This document shows positions 18,871-29,100 of a DNA stretch of 64,000 nucleotides, one piece after another. Source of the stretch: a virus; IMG/VR virus record IMGVR_UViG_3300022689_000178, positions 12,825 to 76,824 of that record; one strand, written 5' to 3'. A program made the position numbers and the translations under genes. The notes beneath the pieces were generated by a model. The model did no database searches and was not told the origin of the DNA. It was given only the letters and a program-made list of their open reading frames with translations. Numbering within the stretch: the stretch's first letter is position 1; every line of letters starts with the position of its first letter.

Positions 18871-20843
18871 ATAGAATTTATATAACAAAAGGCAGAAAAC
18901 CATCGCCGGAAGGAACTATTAGTGGCAATTTTAAAAAAGTTAAAGGTAAATGGATTCGTATATCAGGCGGAAATGGAAAAAGTAAAAGCACAAAGAAAAA
19001 AGAAAACCGGCCTAAAAAAAATGAATTATTAGAACTTCATAAGGATAAACCGGAATTGGTTAGTATAATGAAATTGCCAAAAACGGAATGGGAACAAATA
19101 GAAAAAAAGGATGATATTACAAATAAAACAAGAAAGGTTTGGATATTAAAAAATAAAAGTATTCAAAATGAAATCATAGATAAATATTATCCGATTTTTT
19201 TACATAAATCGGATAATATTGCCGGTGAAATTGGATTATCTAATGAAGATGTAATAGAGCTAAAAGCAGTCGCAATGTCATTATTAATTAATGGTATTGG
19301 AACGTATGGTAAAACACATGATCCTGATAACCCTAAAGATATATTAAGACATATTCATCAACAATTATTGCCTATTCGTTATGAGGCTACAAAATTAAAA
19401 AATGGTGATATAACCTTACCACAAAATATAATCCGATATACAAATAAATATAAAAAAGCAGTAGAAAAAGCTAATAGTACAGACCCACAAGAAGTATATA
19501 AACAAATAAATTGGACGATAGGCGATATACATCCGGATTTAAAAAGTTATGATATTGGTGCAATGAAAGTACCATATAAAGATTTTCAATTATTTGAAAT
19601 AAGCCTGGCCGTAAAAGCAAAAAAAGAGAAACAAATAAAAAAAGTGAAAGATAGGTTTCAGGAGATAAAAGAAATTGTATCAAAAAAACAATCAAATAGT
19701 AAAACAGATAATCAAAAATTAATCAATTCAAAAAAAAAGCTAAATAGTGCTTTAGAATCAGAAATAAAAAAAGAACAAAAAATAATACAAGAAAGAATTG
19801 ATAAGAAAAAGAGTCTATTTAAAAAAGAGATTCCACAAATAATACAAAATGATATTAAAAAATTAGAAGAGCAAAAATCAAATCCAACAAACCCGAAAAT
19901 TAAGCAAATCATAGAAAATTTAAAGGATATTGATAAACAATTGCAGCGAGGAGGAGGCATTACTAATATTTATGATAAAGTAAATGATTTTTTAGATACT
20001 AAAGAATCTGAGTTTTTAAATAAAATTGAAGATCAATATAAATTAGAAAAAAAACGTAGGGGGGCAAATTCTGTTTTTAAAGAGCTTGATAGCTATATAA
20101 ACAAAAGAAAAAAATCAATAGATGATGGTACATATACTAAAGATGGTGAATTTATTCCATCTTTTACAATACATGATACCGATTCTATTATTTCTGACCC
20201 GGATTATATGGAGGTAAATATAACACATGCAAATAGATTAAATTATTTAATAAATGAGATAGTGCCTGAACAAAAAGATGTAATGAAGCTATTTTTTGGC
20301 ACAAGTGAAAAAAGTCCGGATTTAGGTTTTGAGGAAAAAGTTAATTATGGAGAGCCTTTAAATAAAGTAAGTGAAATAATAAATCAATTATCGGATGATT
20401 ATTTCACAAGAAAGGATGACAAGCCAAAAACAAGTTATTTGTTAGATAGGGTAGATGCAAAACAATGGTTTAAAAATCCAAATTATCAAGCAGAAAAAAA
20501 GAAATATGAAGAGAAAAAAGAAGCGATAAAAAATAAAGGCATTAATTTAAAAGAATGGAAAAAGAGTAATCCCGAACCATTGAAAACGTTTCATAAAACA
20601 TCTAAGGAGGGACAAAAATTGTATAAAAAAGAACGGGATGAGGTGTATAAAAAAACGGTCAAAGAGGCAAAACGTAAAGGAAAACCATTATCCGAAAAAA
20701 CTAAAGCAGCAAAAGTATTATCGGATATACGAACAGCAAAGAAAAAGATATATAAAAATATACATTTGTTTATAGATAATCCATTCTTTTATGAACAAAA
20801 TGAAATATTAAAAAAATCATTTAAAGTTGTTTTTAGAAAATAA
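18867..20843 (+). CDS. Large basic protein with divergent sigma70-like regions; putative internal head protein
   Basis: Region 2/3-like segment (QNEIIDKYYP...ITLP...DPQEV) and region 4-like segment (EQKDVMKLFFG...EPL..VSEI); ITKG and LKKS motifs at the ends. Confidence 0.5.
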   Translation: MNRIYITKGRKPSPEGTISGNFKKVKGKWIRISGGNGKSKSTKKKENRPKKNELLELHKDKPELVSIMKLPKTEWEQIEKKDDITNKTRKVWILKNKSIQNEIIDKYYPIFLHKSDNIAGEIGLSNEDVIELKAVAMSLLINGIGTYGKTHDPDNPKDILRHIHQQLLPIRYEATKLKNGDITLPQNIIRYTNKYKKAVEKANSTDPQEVYKQINWTIGDIHPDLKSYDIGAMKVPYKDFQLFEISLAVKAKKEKQIKKVKDRFQEIKEIVSKKQSNSKTDNQKLINSKKKLNSALESEIKKEQKIIQERIDKKKSLFKKEIPQIIQNDIKKLEEQKSNPTNPKIKQIIENLKDIDKQLQRGGGITNIYDKVNDFLDTKESEFLNKIEDQYKLEKKRRGANSVFKELDSYINKRKKSIDDGTYTKDGEFIPSFTIHDTDSIISDPDYMEVNITHANRLNYLINEIVPEQKDVMKLFFGTSEKSPDLGFEEKVNYGEPLNKVSEIINQLSDDYFTRKDDKPKTSYLLDRVDAKQWFKNPNYQAEKKKYEEKKEAIKNKGINLKEWKKSNPEPLKTFHKTSKEGQKLYKKERDEVYKKTVKEAKRKGKPLSEKTKAAKVLSDIRTAKKKIYKNIHLFIDNPFFYEQNEILKKSFKVVFRK

Positions 20844-20866
20844 TAGTATTCCATTTATAATAATTT

Positions 20867-20895
20867 AAAGCCTGTTATTAAAGACAGGCTTTTTT
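20867..20895 (+). terminator. Rho-independent terminator
   Basis: AAAGCCTGT-loop-ACAGGCTTTTT. Confidence 0.8.
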
Positions 20896-20896
20896 G

Positions 20897-20939
20897 TTTT
20901 GTGTTAAATAGATTTATTTATTTCACAAATTTATAATAT
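20897..20939 (+). promoter_or_regulatory. Repeated early-type promoter element, copy 1
   Basis: 43-bp TTTTGTGTTAAATAGATTTATTTATTTCACAAATTTATAATAT identical at 53131; near-identical at 21408. Confidence 0.7.
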
Positions 20940-21037
20940 AGTGCAATAAAATTATAAGAGTAACCCGAAAATCTTATATTAAATAGAGTAAGGTATTCGT
21001 TAAAGCTGTAAAACGAAGAAAAATAAACAGCGACATT

Positions 21038-21349
21038 ATGACAAATTTAAAAGTTTATGAATTTTCAGGATTTGGAAATTATTCTCAATCTTTTGGTTGG
21101 GATAACGGTTTGAGTTGTTCTCTTGGCGAAAGTACAACTCTTAAAAGAGCATTGGAAGCCGAAACCGCCTTATCGGCGTATAATGGATGGTCTTATGGTT
21201 TGCCAGAAAGACCAGTACGTGGGGTTTATTACACGCTCAATGAGCATGGTGGAAGCCGTGAAGTTGAAGGGTTTGTTATAACTCGCTCACGCAGGGATGC
21301 GAGGCGTTTATTAGCCTCGTTAGAAGCATCCTTTATGGTTGTTGACTAA
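21038..21349 (+). CDS. Hypothetical protein (higher GC, moron-like)
   Basis: Own promoter element and downstream hairpin (21362-21406). Confidence 0.65.
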   Translation: MTNLKVYEFSGFGNYSQSFGWDNGLSCSLGESTTLKRALEAETALSAYNGWSYGLPERPVRGVYYTLNEHGGSREVEGFVITRSRRDARRLLASLEASFMVVD

Positions 21350-21407
21350 AAGGAGGTTAAATAAATAAACAGTTTGTATCTTTTATTTTGTATAGACTGT
21401 TTATTTG

Positions 21408-21460
21408 TTTTATGTTAAATAGATTTATTTATTTAACAAATTTATATAATAGTGAAATAA
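21408..21460 (+). promoter_or_regulatory. Repeated early-type promoter element, copy 2
   Basis: TTTTATGTTAAATAGATTTATTTATTTAACAAATTTAT. Confidence 0.65.
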
Positions 21461-21525
21461 ATAAATTTATTAATCTTAAAATTATTATTATTATAAAAAA
21501 AAAAATTAAATGGGATGTTGAAGAA

Positions 21526-22302
21526 ATGAAAATTTTCAACAAAAACGGTAACCCAATCCCAGGTTACAAACAATTGAGCCGTTCAGATAACGGCAATTTA
21601 TTGAATGTTTGCAAGGAGTCATATACTCCGATGCCAAACGAAATTTTTGAAGAGAGTGTTGAAAAACTTTCAGAGATTACCGGCTACAAAATTAAAGAAT
21701 ATCACGATTTAGTTGGCGGCAATATTATACTTGCATATTTAGATGCCAGTATAGTAAAATGGAATGGAGAAAAGGTACAAAGATTTATGGTCGTAGGTAA
21801 CAGCCATAATGGGAAAAGTGCTTTTTTTATCGGTGAACATACAGTTATGATCCGATGCGAAAACCAATTCAACTTGATTAGACAAGGGCTTAAAGTATAC
21901 CATACGCAGAACTATCAGGTGAATACGAATTCACTAATGACAAATATTAATGAATTTAAAAAATTGACAAAATCCACTGACAAAAAGATGTTGGATTTTG
22001 CAAGGGTGAAAATTACCCCCCAAATGATAGATGCCGGAATAAAGTATTTACTGCAATTACCACAAAACGAAACACAGAAAACCATTAGCACCCGTAAAAG
22101 AAATATTTGGGGTGAGATGGAAAGCGCAATTAATAAAGAAACTAAAGCGCTTGGTAGGAATTTATTTGGTTTCTTTAACGGTGTTACATATTACACCAGC
22201 AATATCCGAAAAGTTAAAGACTCTAATTATAACAGCTATTTTGGGAGTAACGCACGTTTAAATAACCATGCCATTGAATATTGTGAAACGGTAATGCAAT
22301 AA
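21526..22302 (+). CDS. DUF932/DUF945-family phage/plasmid protein (true start uncertain, about 21490-21526)
   Basis: RSDNG..L.V....Y.P..N, NSHNG.SA, IRCENQ, NLFGFFNGVTYY. Confidence 0.75.
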   Translation: MKIFNKNGNPIPGYKQLSRSDNGNLLNVCKESYTPMPNEIFEESVEKLSEITGYKIKEYHDLVGGNIILAYLDASIVKWNGEKVQRFMVVGNSHNGKSAFFIGEHTVMIRCENQFNLIRQGLKVYHTQNYQVNTNSLMTNINEFKKLTKSTDKKMLDFARVKITPQMIDAGIKYLLQLPQNETQKTISTRKRNIWGEMESAINKETKALGRNLFGFFNGVTYYTSNIRKVKDSNYNSYFGSNARLNNHAIEYCETVMQ

Positions 22303-22445
22303 TTGATAATTTAATAGCAGGGTAAAAAAATATAATTTATCCTGCTATTTATTTTAATAAACAATAAAAAAATTATTTTAATATATTATTTTGTGATTAT
22401 AAGATATTATCAATTCACAAATTTAATGGATATAAAAAAAGCATT

Positions 22446-22733
22446 ATGGAAGTACACCAATATATAATAAAACACAATTTAGACTCATCAATCGAATTTA
22501 ACAAAATAGCTAAAACAGCATTTTGCAATGATTTGAATGATGAATTTAATGAAAAAATTGTATTTTGGGACGCAAAAAATAGCTATATTAATTTCCAAAT
22601 AGCTGTTCAGAGCATCCGGAATAAATGGGATGCAATTAACAAAAAAACTGGAAAATTATCTGAGCTGTTTTGGGGATATTTTTATGCAAGCAATATAGTC
22701 CCTAAAAGAAAAAAGTTCTTTGGAAATTATTAA
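22446..22733 (+). CDS. Hypothetical protein
   Basis: ORF track; degenerate promoter element at about 22390. Confidence 0.6.
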   Translation: MEVHQYIIKHNLDSSIEFNKIAKTAFCNDLNDEFNEKIVFWDAKNSYINFQIAVQSIRNKWDAINKKTGKLSELFWGYFYASNIVPKRKKFFGNY

Positions 22734-22745
22734 TCTTAATTTTAT

Positions 22746-22934
22746 TTGAAAATGGAGAAAGTAGCAAAAATAATAATAATATCTTCATGGATATTAAGTC
22801 TTCTATTGTTAATGATTAGTATAGGACAATACATAATGTTAAAACAAGTTGAATGGATATATATCAGTATATTTGTATTATGTATCAATACAGCAATATT
22901 AAATTGGATTTATAAACTTAAAAAACATAAATAA
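22746..22934 (+). CDS. Small membrane protein
   Basis: Two hydrophobic helices. Confidence 0.55.
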   Translation: MKMEKVAKIIIISSWILSLLLLMISIGQYIMLKQVEWIYISIFVLCINTAILNWIYKLKKHK

Positions 22935-23305
22935 TGTATATAGTAGCATATCAGTATGGAAAAACTCATTGTAAGGGAAATAATGGTCATGAAAATTGTA
23001 TTTATTGGCCGGTTAAAAAAACAAGTTTAGAACTTGCAGAACTTGAATTGTTGAGGGCAGCTAACAGAACAAAACATTTAATTCCTATAATGGACGAAGA
23101 TTGTTCAAAGGAATATAAAGTTAAATGGAAAGATTTATATATGATATATGATAAAGAAAAAAATTATATTGTATGGACGAGTGGTAATGAAAAATTGCCA
23201 TTATCCAAAGATATAGATGTTGTGATAATACCTGAGAATAAATTTAAAAAATACAATTTAAAACCAGATAAACTTCATCAAAATTTAGGAGCATATAAAG
23301 AATAG
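22934..23305 (+). CDS. Hypothetical protein
   Basis: TAATG coupling. Confidence 0.55.
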   Translation: MYIVAYQYGKTHCKGNNGHENCIYWPVKKTSLELAELELLRAANRTKHLIPIMDEDCSKEYKVKWKDLYMIYDKEKNYIVWTSGNEKLPLSKDIDVVIIPENKFKKYNLKPDKLHQNLGAYKE

Positions 23306-23331
23306 ATTTATTAACTTTAAAAATTATTATT

Positions 23332-23823
23332 ATGAAAAAAAGAATAGTGTTTAGACAAGGAAGCAAAGATCGATTAATTTCAGAAATAATCACAAATCGC
23401 ATTAAAATAATTATAATTGCGGATTCTGAAATAAAAGACAGTATAGAAATCGGACGTGTATATGAAACTGAATTAAAACCTATGCGAAATGGCAATGGAT
23501 ATATCGCAAAACAAGTTAAATTAATAACAAAAGATGAAATTTCATTTATCCAAAGTAAAGATGAAATAAATATTTTAATAAACAAAAAAGAAACCGGAAT
23601 TAAATGGAAACCGGAACAAAGTGATGAGTATATAAAAAAGTTAATTGCCGAAATAAAATATTATATCAAATATAATAATATCATAATACAAGGTAATGAA
23701 TTTGATATATTTAGACAATCATTAACTGCTGCAATTAATGAAATGTATGATAAATATACAAGGAAAATTATTAAGTCATATACAAAACAAAAAAAAGAAA
23801 GAAAAATTGGAGTACTATGTTAG
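23332..23823 (+). CDS. Hypothetical protein
   Basis: ORF track. Confidence 0.55.
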   Translation: MKKRIVFRQGSKDRLISEIITNRIKIIIIADSEIKDSIEIGRVYETELKPMRNGNGYIAKQVKLITKDEISFIQSKDEINILINKKETGIKWKPEQSDEYIKKLIAEIKYYIKYNNIIIQGNEFDIFRQSLTAAINEMYDKYTRKIIKSYTKQKKERKIGVLC

Positions 23824-24518
23824 TAATTAATAAAAATAAAATATTGTTCCTTGCAATAAAAACTTGCCCTATATACCAATATGAAAACTTACCTAAAGTA
23901 TTAAGCATAGATTGGGATAGGGAAAGTAAATATATTGCTAATGAACAAAATTTATCCAAGAAAGAAATCTATGATAAATTTGCATCATATAATTCAAATT
24001 TTGCTAAAGTGATATTAATTTCATTAGCAAAATGGGAAGATGATAATATTGTTGTAAAAAATTATCACGGTTCGGATAAATTAAGCAGATTTGGGAAGGA
24101 CATAAGACATATATCATTAAAGCAATATGATATTTTAGCCTATAACGGATTTACGTTTGAATATCCTTTTTTAGCGCAAAGAATGTTAATGAATAAAATC
24201 CGTATACCGGAGGTTTTAAATTTATTTGGATTGAATATATGGCAATATCCGAAAAGATTATTAGATTTGCATAATTGGTTTAGCTGTGGTAATCATAAAA
24301 ACAAATATAGTCTGCTATCATTATGTAATAATTTCGGTTTAAATATTGAAAACTATAATATTTTACAACAAGATTGTATAAATGAATTTTACTTTAATAA
24401 AAAAGAAAATTCATTCAAAGCAATTGTTCAAAGCAATATAATAGAATTACAATTGTTAGTAAAATTGCTCTTAATAATAAATCGGAAAAACATAAATTTC
24501 AACATAACGTATAAATAA
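23817..24518 (+). CDS. PolB-type 3'-5' exonuclease-like protein, probably catalytically inactive
   Basis: AYNG.TFEYPFLAQRML.N.I.IP..L, SL..LC..FG; ExoI DIET replaced by AIKT. Confidence 0.65.
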   Translation: MLVINKNKILFLAIKTCPIYQYENLPKVLSIDWDRESKYIANEQNLSKKEIYDKFASYNSNFAKVILISLAKWEDDNIVVKNYHGSDKLSRFGKDIRHISLKQYDILAYNGFTFEYPFLAQRMLMNKIRIPEVLNLFGLNIWQYPKRLLDLHNWFSCGNHKNKYSLLSLCNNFGLNIENYNILQQDCINEFYFNKKENSFKAIVQSNIIELQLLVKLLLIINRKNINFNITYK

Positions 24519-24736
24519 TCGTTTCATATAATAGTTTTTTTTTCATAATAATAATTTTAAAGATAAAAGGTCGAATTTTAATATTTGGCCTTTTTTTATT
24601 TTTTATATATAAAATTTATCAGTAATATTTAAATTAAATTGATACTATGCAATTAGTGAAAGTTATAAAAGAAGGTAAATTTTATGAATTACCGGAAATA
24701 ATAGCTACAATATATTTATAATAATCCTTTTTTATT

Positions 24737-25180
24737 ATGAATAAGTTTAAATTGACGCATTCATATACTTTATTGTTTATTAGTTTATCATATAAATTAC
24801 AGGCATATATTTGTAATGAAATTAATAATAAATATATAGTCGGTAAAAATTATGTATTAACAAGTACTTATATAAAAATAGATAAAGGTTATAAATGGGA
24901 TGGTTGTAGTCCTAAATGGAAAATTGGCAAGTATATCATAGGTACACCGGACGGTAAAATAAATAAACAAGATAATTTACCTAAATTGTATTATCCAAGT
25001 TTAATTCACGATGTTTTATATGATAGTTTTGAAAAACATGGATTAACAAGGAAAATATGTGATTTATTATTTTATGAATTAGCAAAAGAATATGATTTTC
25101 ATTTTGCAAAGATTTACTATATTTTTGTGCAAATTTTGGGGGGAGTTTATCATAAATTAAGAAAAAAGAGAATAGCATGA
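24737..25180 (+). CDS. DUF1353-family protein
   Basis: KGYKWDGCS, SLIHDVLY, TRKICDLLF. Confidence 0.75.
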   Translation: MNKFKLTHSYTLLFISLSYKLQAYICNEINNKYIVGKNYVLTSTYIKIDKGYKWDGCSPKWKIGKYIIGTPDGKINKQDNLPKLYYPSLIHDVLYDSFEKHGLTRKICDLLFYELAKEYDFHFAKIYYIFVQILGGVYHKLRKKRIA

Positions 25181-25698
25181 ATATTTTATATATATTATTA
25201 GAGGTAGGAAAACAAGCGGTAAAAGCAATTGAAGGTACATATAATCCAGATAGTACTTCTGATGTATTTAAGTTAGTTATAATTGTGATTAGTTCTATTA
25301 TTAGTGGTTTAATAGGATTAAATATGTATTGGACAAAAAGATATATCAATGAAAATAAAAAATTTAATGAAACATTAAACGGTAAATTTGAAATATTTGC
25401 CGATAAAATGAAAACTGATATATTTGGAGTAAAATTGGATAGTAAACAGTTAGAAAAAGAGATAGAAAGAATAGACAAACAAAATAATGTGGATAGGCAA
25501 AATAGTACTGAGAGAATAAATAGACATTCAAACGAAATAAAAAAGTTATTATCCAATTATGCTGTTTTACAAAATATATTGGAACGGGTAGAAACTACAA
25601 TTATAAACGTATCTAATGATATTAAACATACCGGAATACTTTCAGAATCTATACGATCACTTCAAGAGCAAATAAAAGAGTTGAAATCAAAACAATAA
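25177..25698 (+). CDS. Membrane-anchored coiled-coil protein (holin-like candidate)
   Basis: One TM helix followed by coiled coil; downstream of CAGTAATATT at 24620. Confidence 0.45.
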   Translation: MNILYILLEVGKQAVKAIEGTYNPDSTSDVFKLVIIVISSIISGLIGLNMYWTKRYINENKKFNETLNGKFEIFADKMKTDIFGVKLDSKQLEKEIERIDKQNNVDRQNSTERINRHSNEIKKLLSNYAVLQNILERVETTIINVSNDIKHTGILSESIRSLQEQIKELKSKQ

Positions 25699-25713
25699 TC
25701 AATTACATAGATA

Positions 25714-26073
25714 TTATTTTGTAATATCATTTAAAATAACTTTTGGTTTCCAAATTCTTTGTGATGAATGTTGGTTTTCTTGCCAATGAATAGTACAATT
25801 TTTAGTTATTCGTATTGAAATAAATCTAATGAATTTAATAATATCTGAATCTTTTTTCAATTCTATTGGTGGCCATAACCAATTTGATTTGTTTTTTATA
25901 TATGGATTATAATATCCTGCAATAATTTCATTATCCCTTAAAGTAATTATTAAATCATATTCAAAATTATTATAAATTATACTTTCATATAATCTTTGTT
26001 TTAATTCTCGGATTATATCAAAATTTGTTTTATTATAAGTAGAATAAGATTTGTGTTTAAATAAATGAAACAT
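25714..26073 (-). CDS. Hypothetical protein (inverted island)
   Basis: Has its own minus-strand promoter at 26105-26141. Confidence 0.6.
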   Translation of the reverse strand: MFHLFKHKSYSTYNKTNFDIIRELKQRLYESIIYNNFEYDLIITLRDNEIIAGYYNPYIKNKSNWLWPPIELKKDSDIIKFIRFISIRITKNCTIHWQENQHSSQRIWKPKVILNDITK

Positions 26074-26104
26074 TTTAATTAATTATTAATTTTTCTAATT
26101 AACA

Positions 26105-26141
26105 CAAAATTAAAATAAATATTTATTTGCACTTATGATAA
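26105..26141 (-). promoter_or_regulatory. Putative middle promoter TTATCATAAG-N19-TAATTTTG
   Basis: Conserved box and spacing. Confidence 0.6.
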
Positions 26142-26174
26142 TTGTCAGTAATATTTTAATAAAAATTTTATAAT

Positions 26175-29100
26175 ATGAAAAAATATATGGTTAAATACAT
26201 TAATGAAAAAGTAATACTTTGTCATACTACATTAAATAAATCCTTTTTTTTATCACATGAATTAGAAGTAGTTGAAACGAATAATAAAATAATTTCAACT
26301 ATAAAAAAAGCAAATGCACCCACTAATATATCTACCCCCAAACAAGGTTCTTCATGGTCAGTTGAATTATTGAGAAATAATCCAGGTTCAAGATGGATTA
26401 CATTCAGGGGACATAAAGTATTAATAAGGGGTAATGCTGATGGTACGGCCACAGTCGTATATAGTGGAAATCCTTCACATGAACATTTACGAATTATTCC
26501 TAAAGAACATAAAGAATATGCAAAAATAAAAGAAGCAAAACAAAAAAGTAATGAACAAAAAGCCGGTGATAGTACAGAAGTTAAAAGAACAATTACAGAA
26601 GTAGGTAAAAAAATTACCAAACAAAAACAAAATTTAATAGTAAATAAAATTACCGAAGGTGAACCATCGGGTGTGGAAAAAGACATACCAAAAATAGGTA
26701 ATGAAAAAATTGATATACCAAGCATAAAAAAAGAGGATATACCAGAAAAAAATAAAAATTTTACAAAAGAATTTGATAAACTCAATGATAAAGAAAAACA
26801 GAAAACTCTCGATGAGTTATTAGATCATGCTAAAAATAAAATAACACAAGATCATGAAGATTCTGTAAAATATTCGGATTTTGATTCACATAAAAAAGTG
26901 AATATTAAAAGTCAAAATCCTTTATTAGATGGAATGGAGATTGACAAGGAAACTGCAATAAATATTGTGGGACATGAGTTAGCTGCAAAACAAATAAAAA
27001 AAGAAGCTGTAAAAGACATCAAAAAAAATGATATTACAAGTCTTGGCAATATAGGTATTACTGATTATGACTTGGAGGCATTACCATCTGATCCGGTTGC
27101 AATAACAGAAACCGTTTTACGTGAAAAGGAAAACAGGATTCGTGCAGAAAAAAATACACAATTTTATAATAATTTAGATAAAAAATTAGAAGGCCGGTCT
27201 AAGCAAATTTCAAATGAAATTACAAAAGGCGCTCATGCCGAATTATATGCGATGTCCAGTTTAATAATGGATGGAAATGGTTTTTCTAAAGATATGTTAA
27301 AATTTTTGGGTATTGATAATGCCACAAAAATTTTAGCTTCATTAATAGATAAAAAAACAGATAGAGATAAAATAGAAAAAGATTTAGAAAAAGTTTTATC
27401 TAAAAAAAATCAAATTATTGTTAATAACACCTTAGATGCCTACCAACAACAAAATGATATTATTAATGCTTATAAAGAACAATCAAAGGATATTTATGAC
27501 GAAAACGGAAATTTAGTATCAAAAAAAATGTTAGCGGCTGCAACTGCTAATGCTAATATTGCGCGTGTTACTAAGGAACAAAATAAAGAATTAGGAAACG
27601 CAACCGGATCGCTACAAACGGCTGCAAGTTTATTAGAAAACATACGTGAAATAAAAGATACTGGTTCTAACGACATGGTTTTAGATGGAGGATTAAGCAA
27701 AAGAAGTTTGATTCATAAATTGAAAAAATTTGGATTAATAGATTCAGTTAATATAGAAAAAGGAGAAGATGGCAGATATAAAGTAACAATCCCAAAAAAT
27801 CAATTTAATAAAATACTTTCTAATAATACAACAAATGCTAAAATAGATGAAAAAGTAAAAAAAATAAAGGAGGGTGCAACAGTACGATATGGTAAAGATA
27901 GTTTGGCTGCCGGTCAACCTGATTCATTTATTGATTTTATGACTGAAAAAGAATTTAATAAGAACAATGACAAATTAAATCAAATAAGGCGCAAACAAGC
28001 TAATGGAACAAATTTGACAGAAGAAGAGGAGAAATTTTATAATAAATATAATGGATATAATAAGTATGTTAATACAAAAGGTGAGGAGGGATATACAAGT
28101 TCTCAAAAAGAAGGAACAATATTATATGGTAAAAAAATGAAGGCAAGGCTTGATCCTCACCAACAGAAAGCTGTTGCTATGGCTAATAGTCAAAAACGTT
28201 ATATAATGGATTTTGGTGCTGGTACTGGGAAAACAATTGCACATTTAGCTTCAATTTCAGATTTGAAAGCAAAAGGAAAATTGCATAGTGTTGCTGTTAT
28301 GAGTCCACCATCAAGATTAGTAAAAGAGTTTTTTAAAGATCAAGAAAAATTTTTCCCAAATTTAAAAATGTTAAATTTAGATGAGGTTAAAGGAGGGATC
28401 GAGGCTAAAAGAAAAGCGATTGAAGATGTTAAAAAAAACGGATATGATATAATAATATCTGGTCATGATTCAATTAAAAGTGGCATGTTAAAAAATGACA
28501 ATCCTACTGATTTTGTCGATAATAAGATGAAAGAATTAAGTAAAGCAATAAATACAAATCATGTAAGGAGAACTAAAAAACAAAAAGAATTGGTAAGTAA
28601 ATATAAAAGCATTTATTCTAAAAAAGATGGAATAAATCAAATGCGAGAATTATTTAATAAACAATTTGAGGATAATAAAGGTTTACCGGAAATAATAGCA
28701 AATGTAAAACCATCTTATTTGGGAGTAGATGAGGCACATGAAGTATGGGGTGAAAAAACACAAAGTCAAAAATCTGAATCTTTACGAAAAATGGCTGATA
28801 GTGCAAATCATTTTGTTCCATCGACCGGTACATTAATGAGATCGGGTATAGGAGATTTTGCTAATATTATGAATTTAACACGGCCAGATTTAGTTCCGGA
28901 TGTTGATGAATTTAAAAATAAATATGCGCAAGGTATAACCGGAAATGTAACAGAAGGCATCATTAATAATGAAATGGCAAAAGAAGTAGATGCTGGCATA
29001 TTAACACATAAAACAGATATTACTCCACAAAAAAAACGAAATATTGATAATCCAGAACATGAAAAATTAGACTTATCATTAAATCAAAAAATTGCGTATG

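Noticed and set aside
21388-21525. N-terminal extension of the DUF932-like ORF from 21388
   Set aside because: It runs through a terminator and the repeated promoter element and is low-complexity; the true start is nearer 21490-21526.
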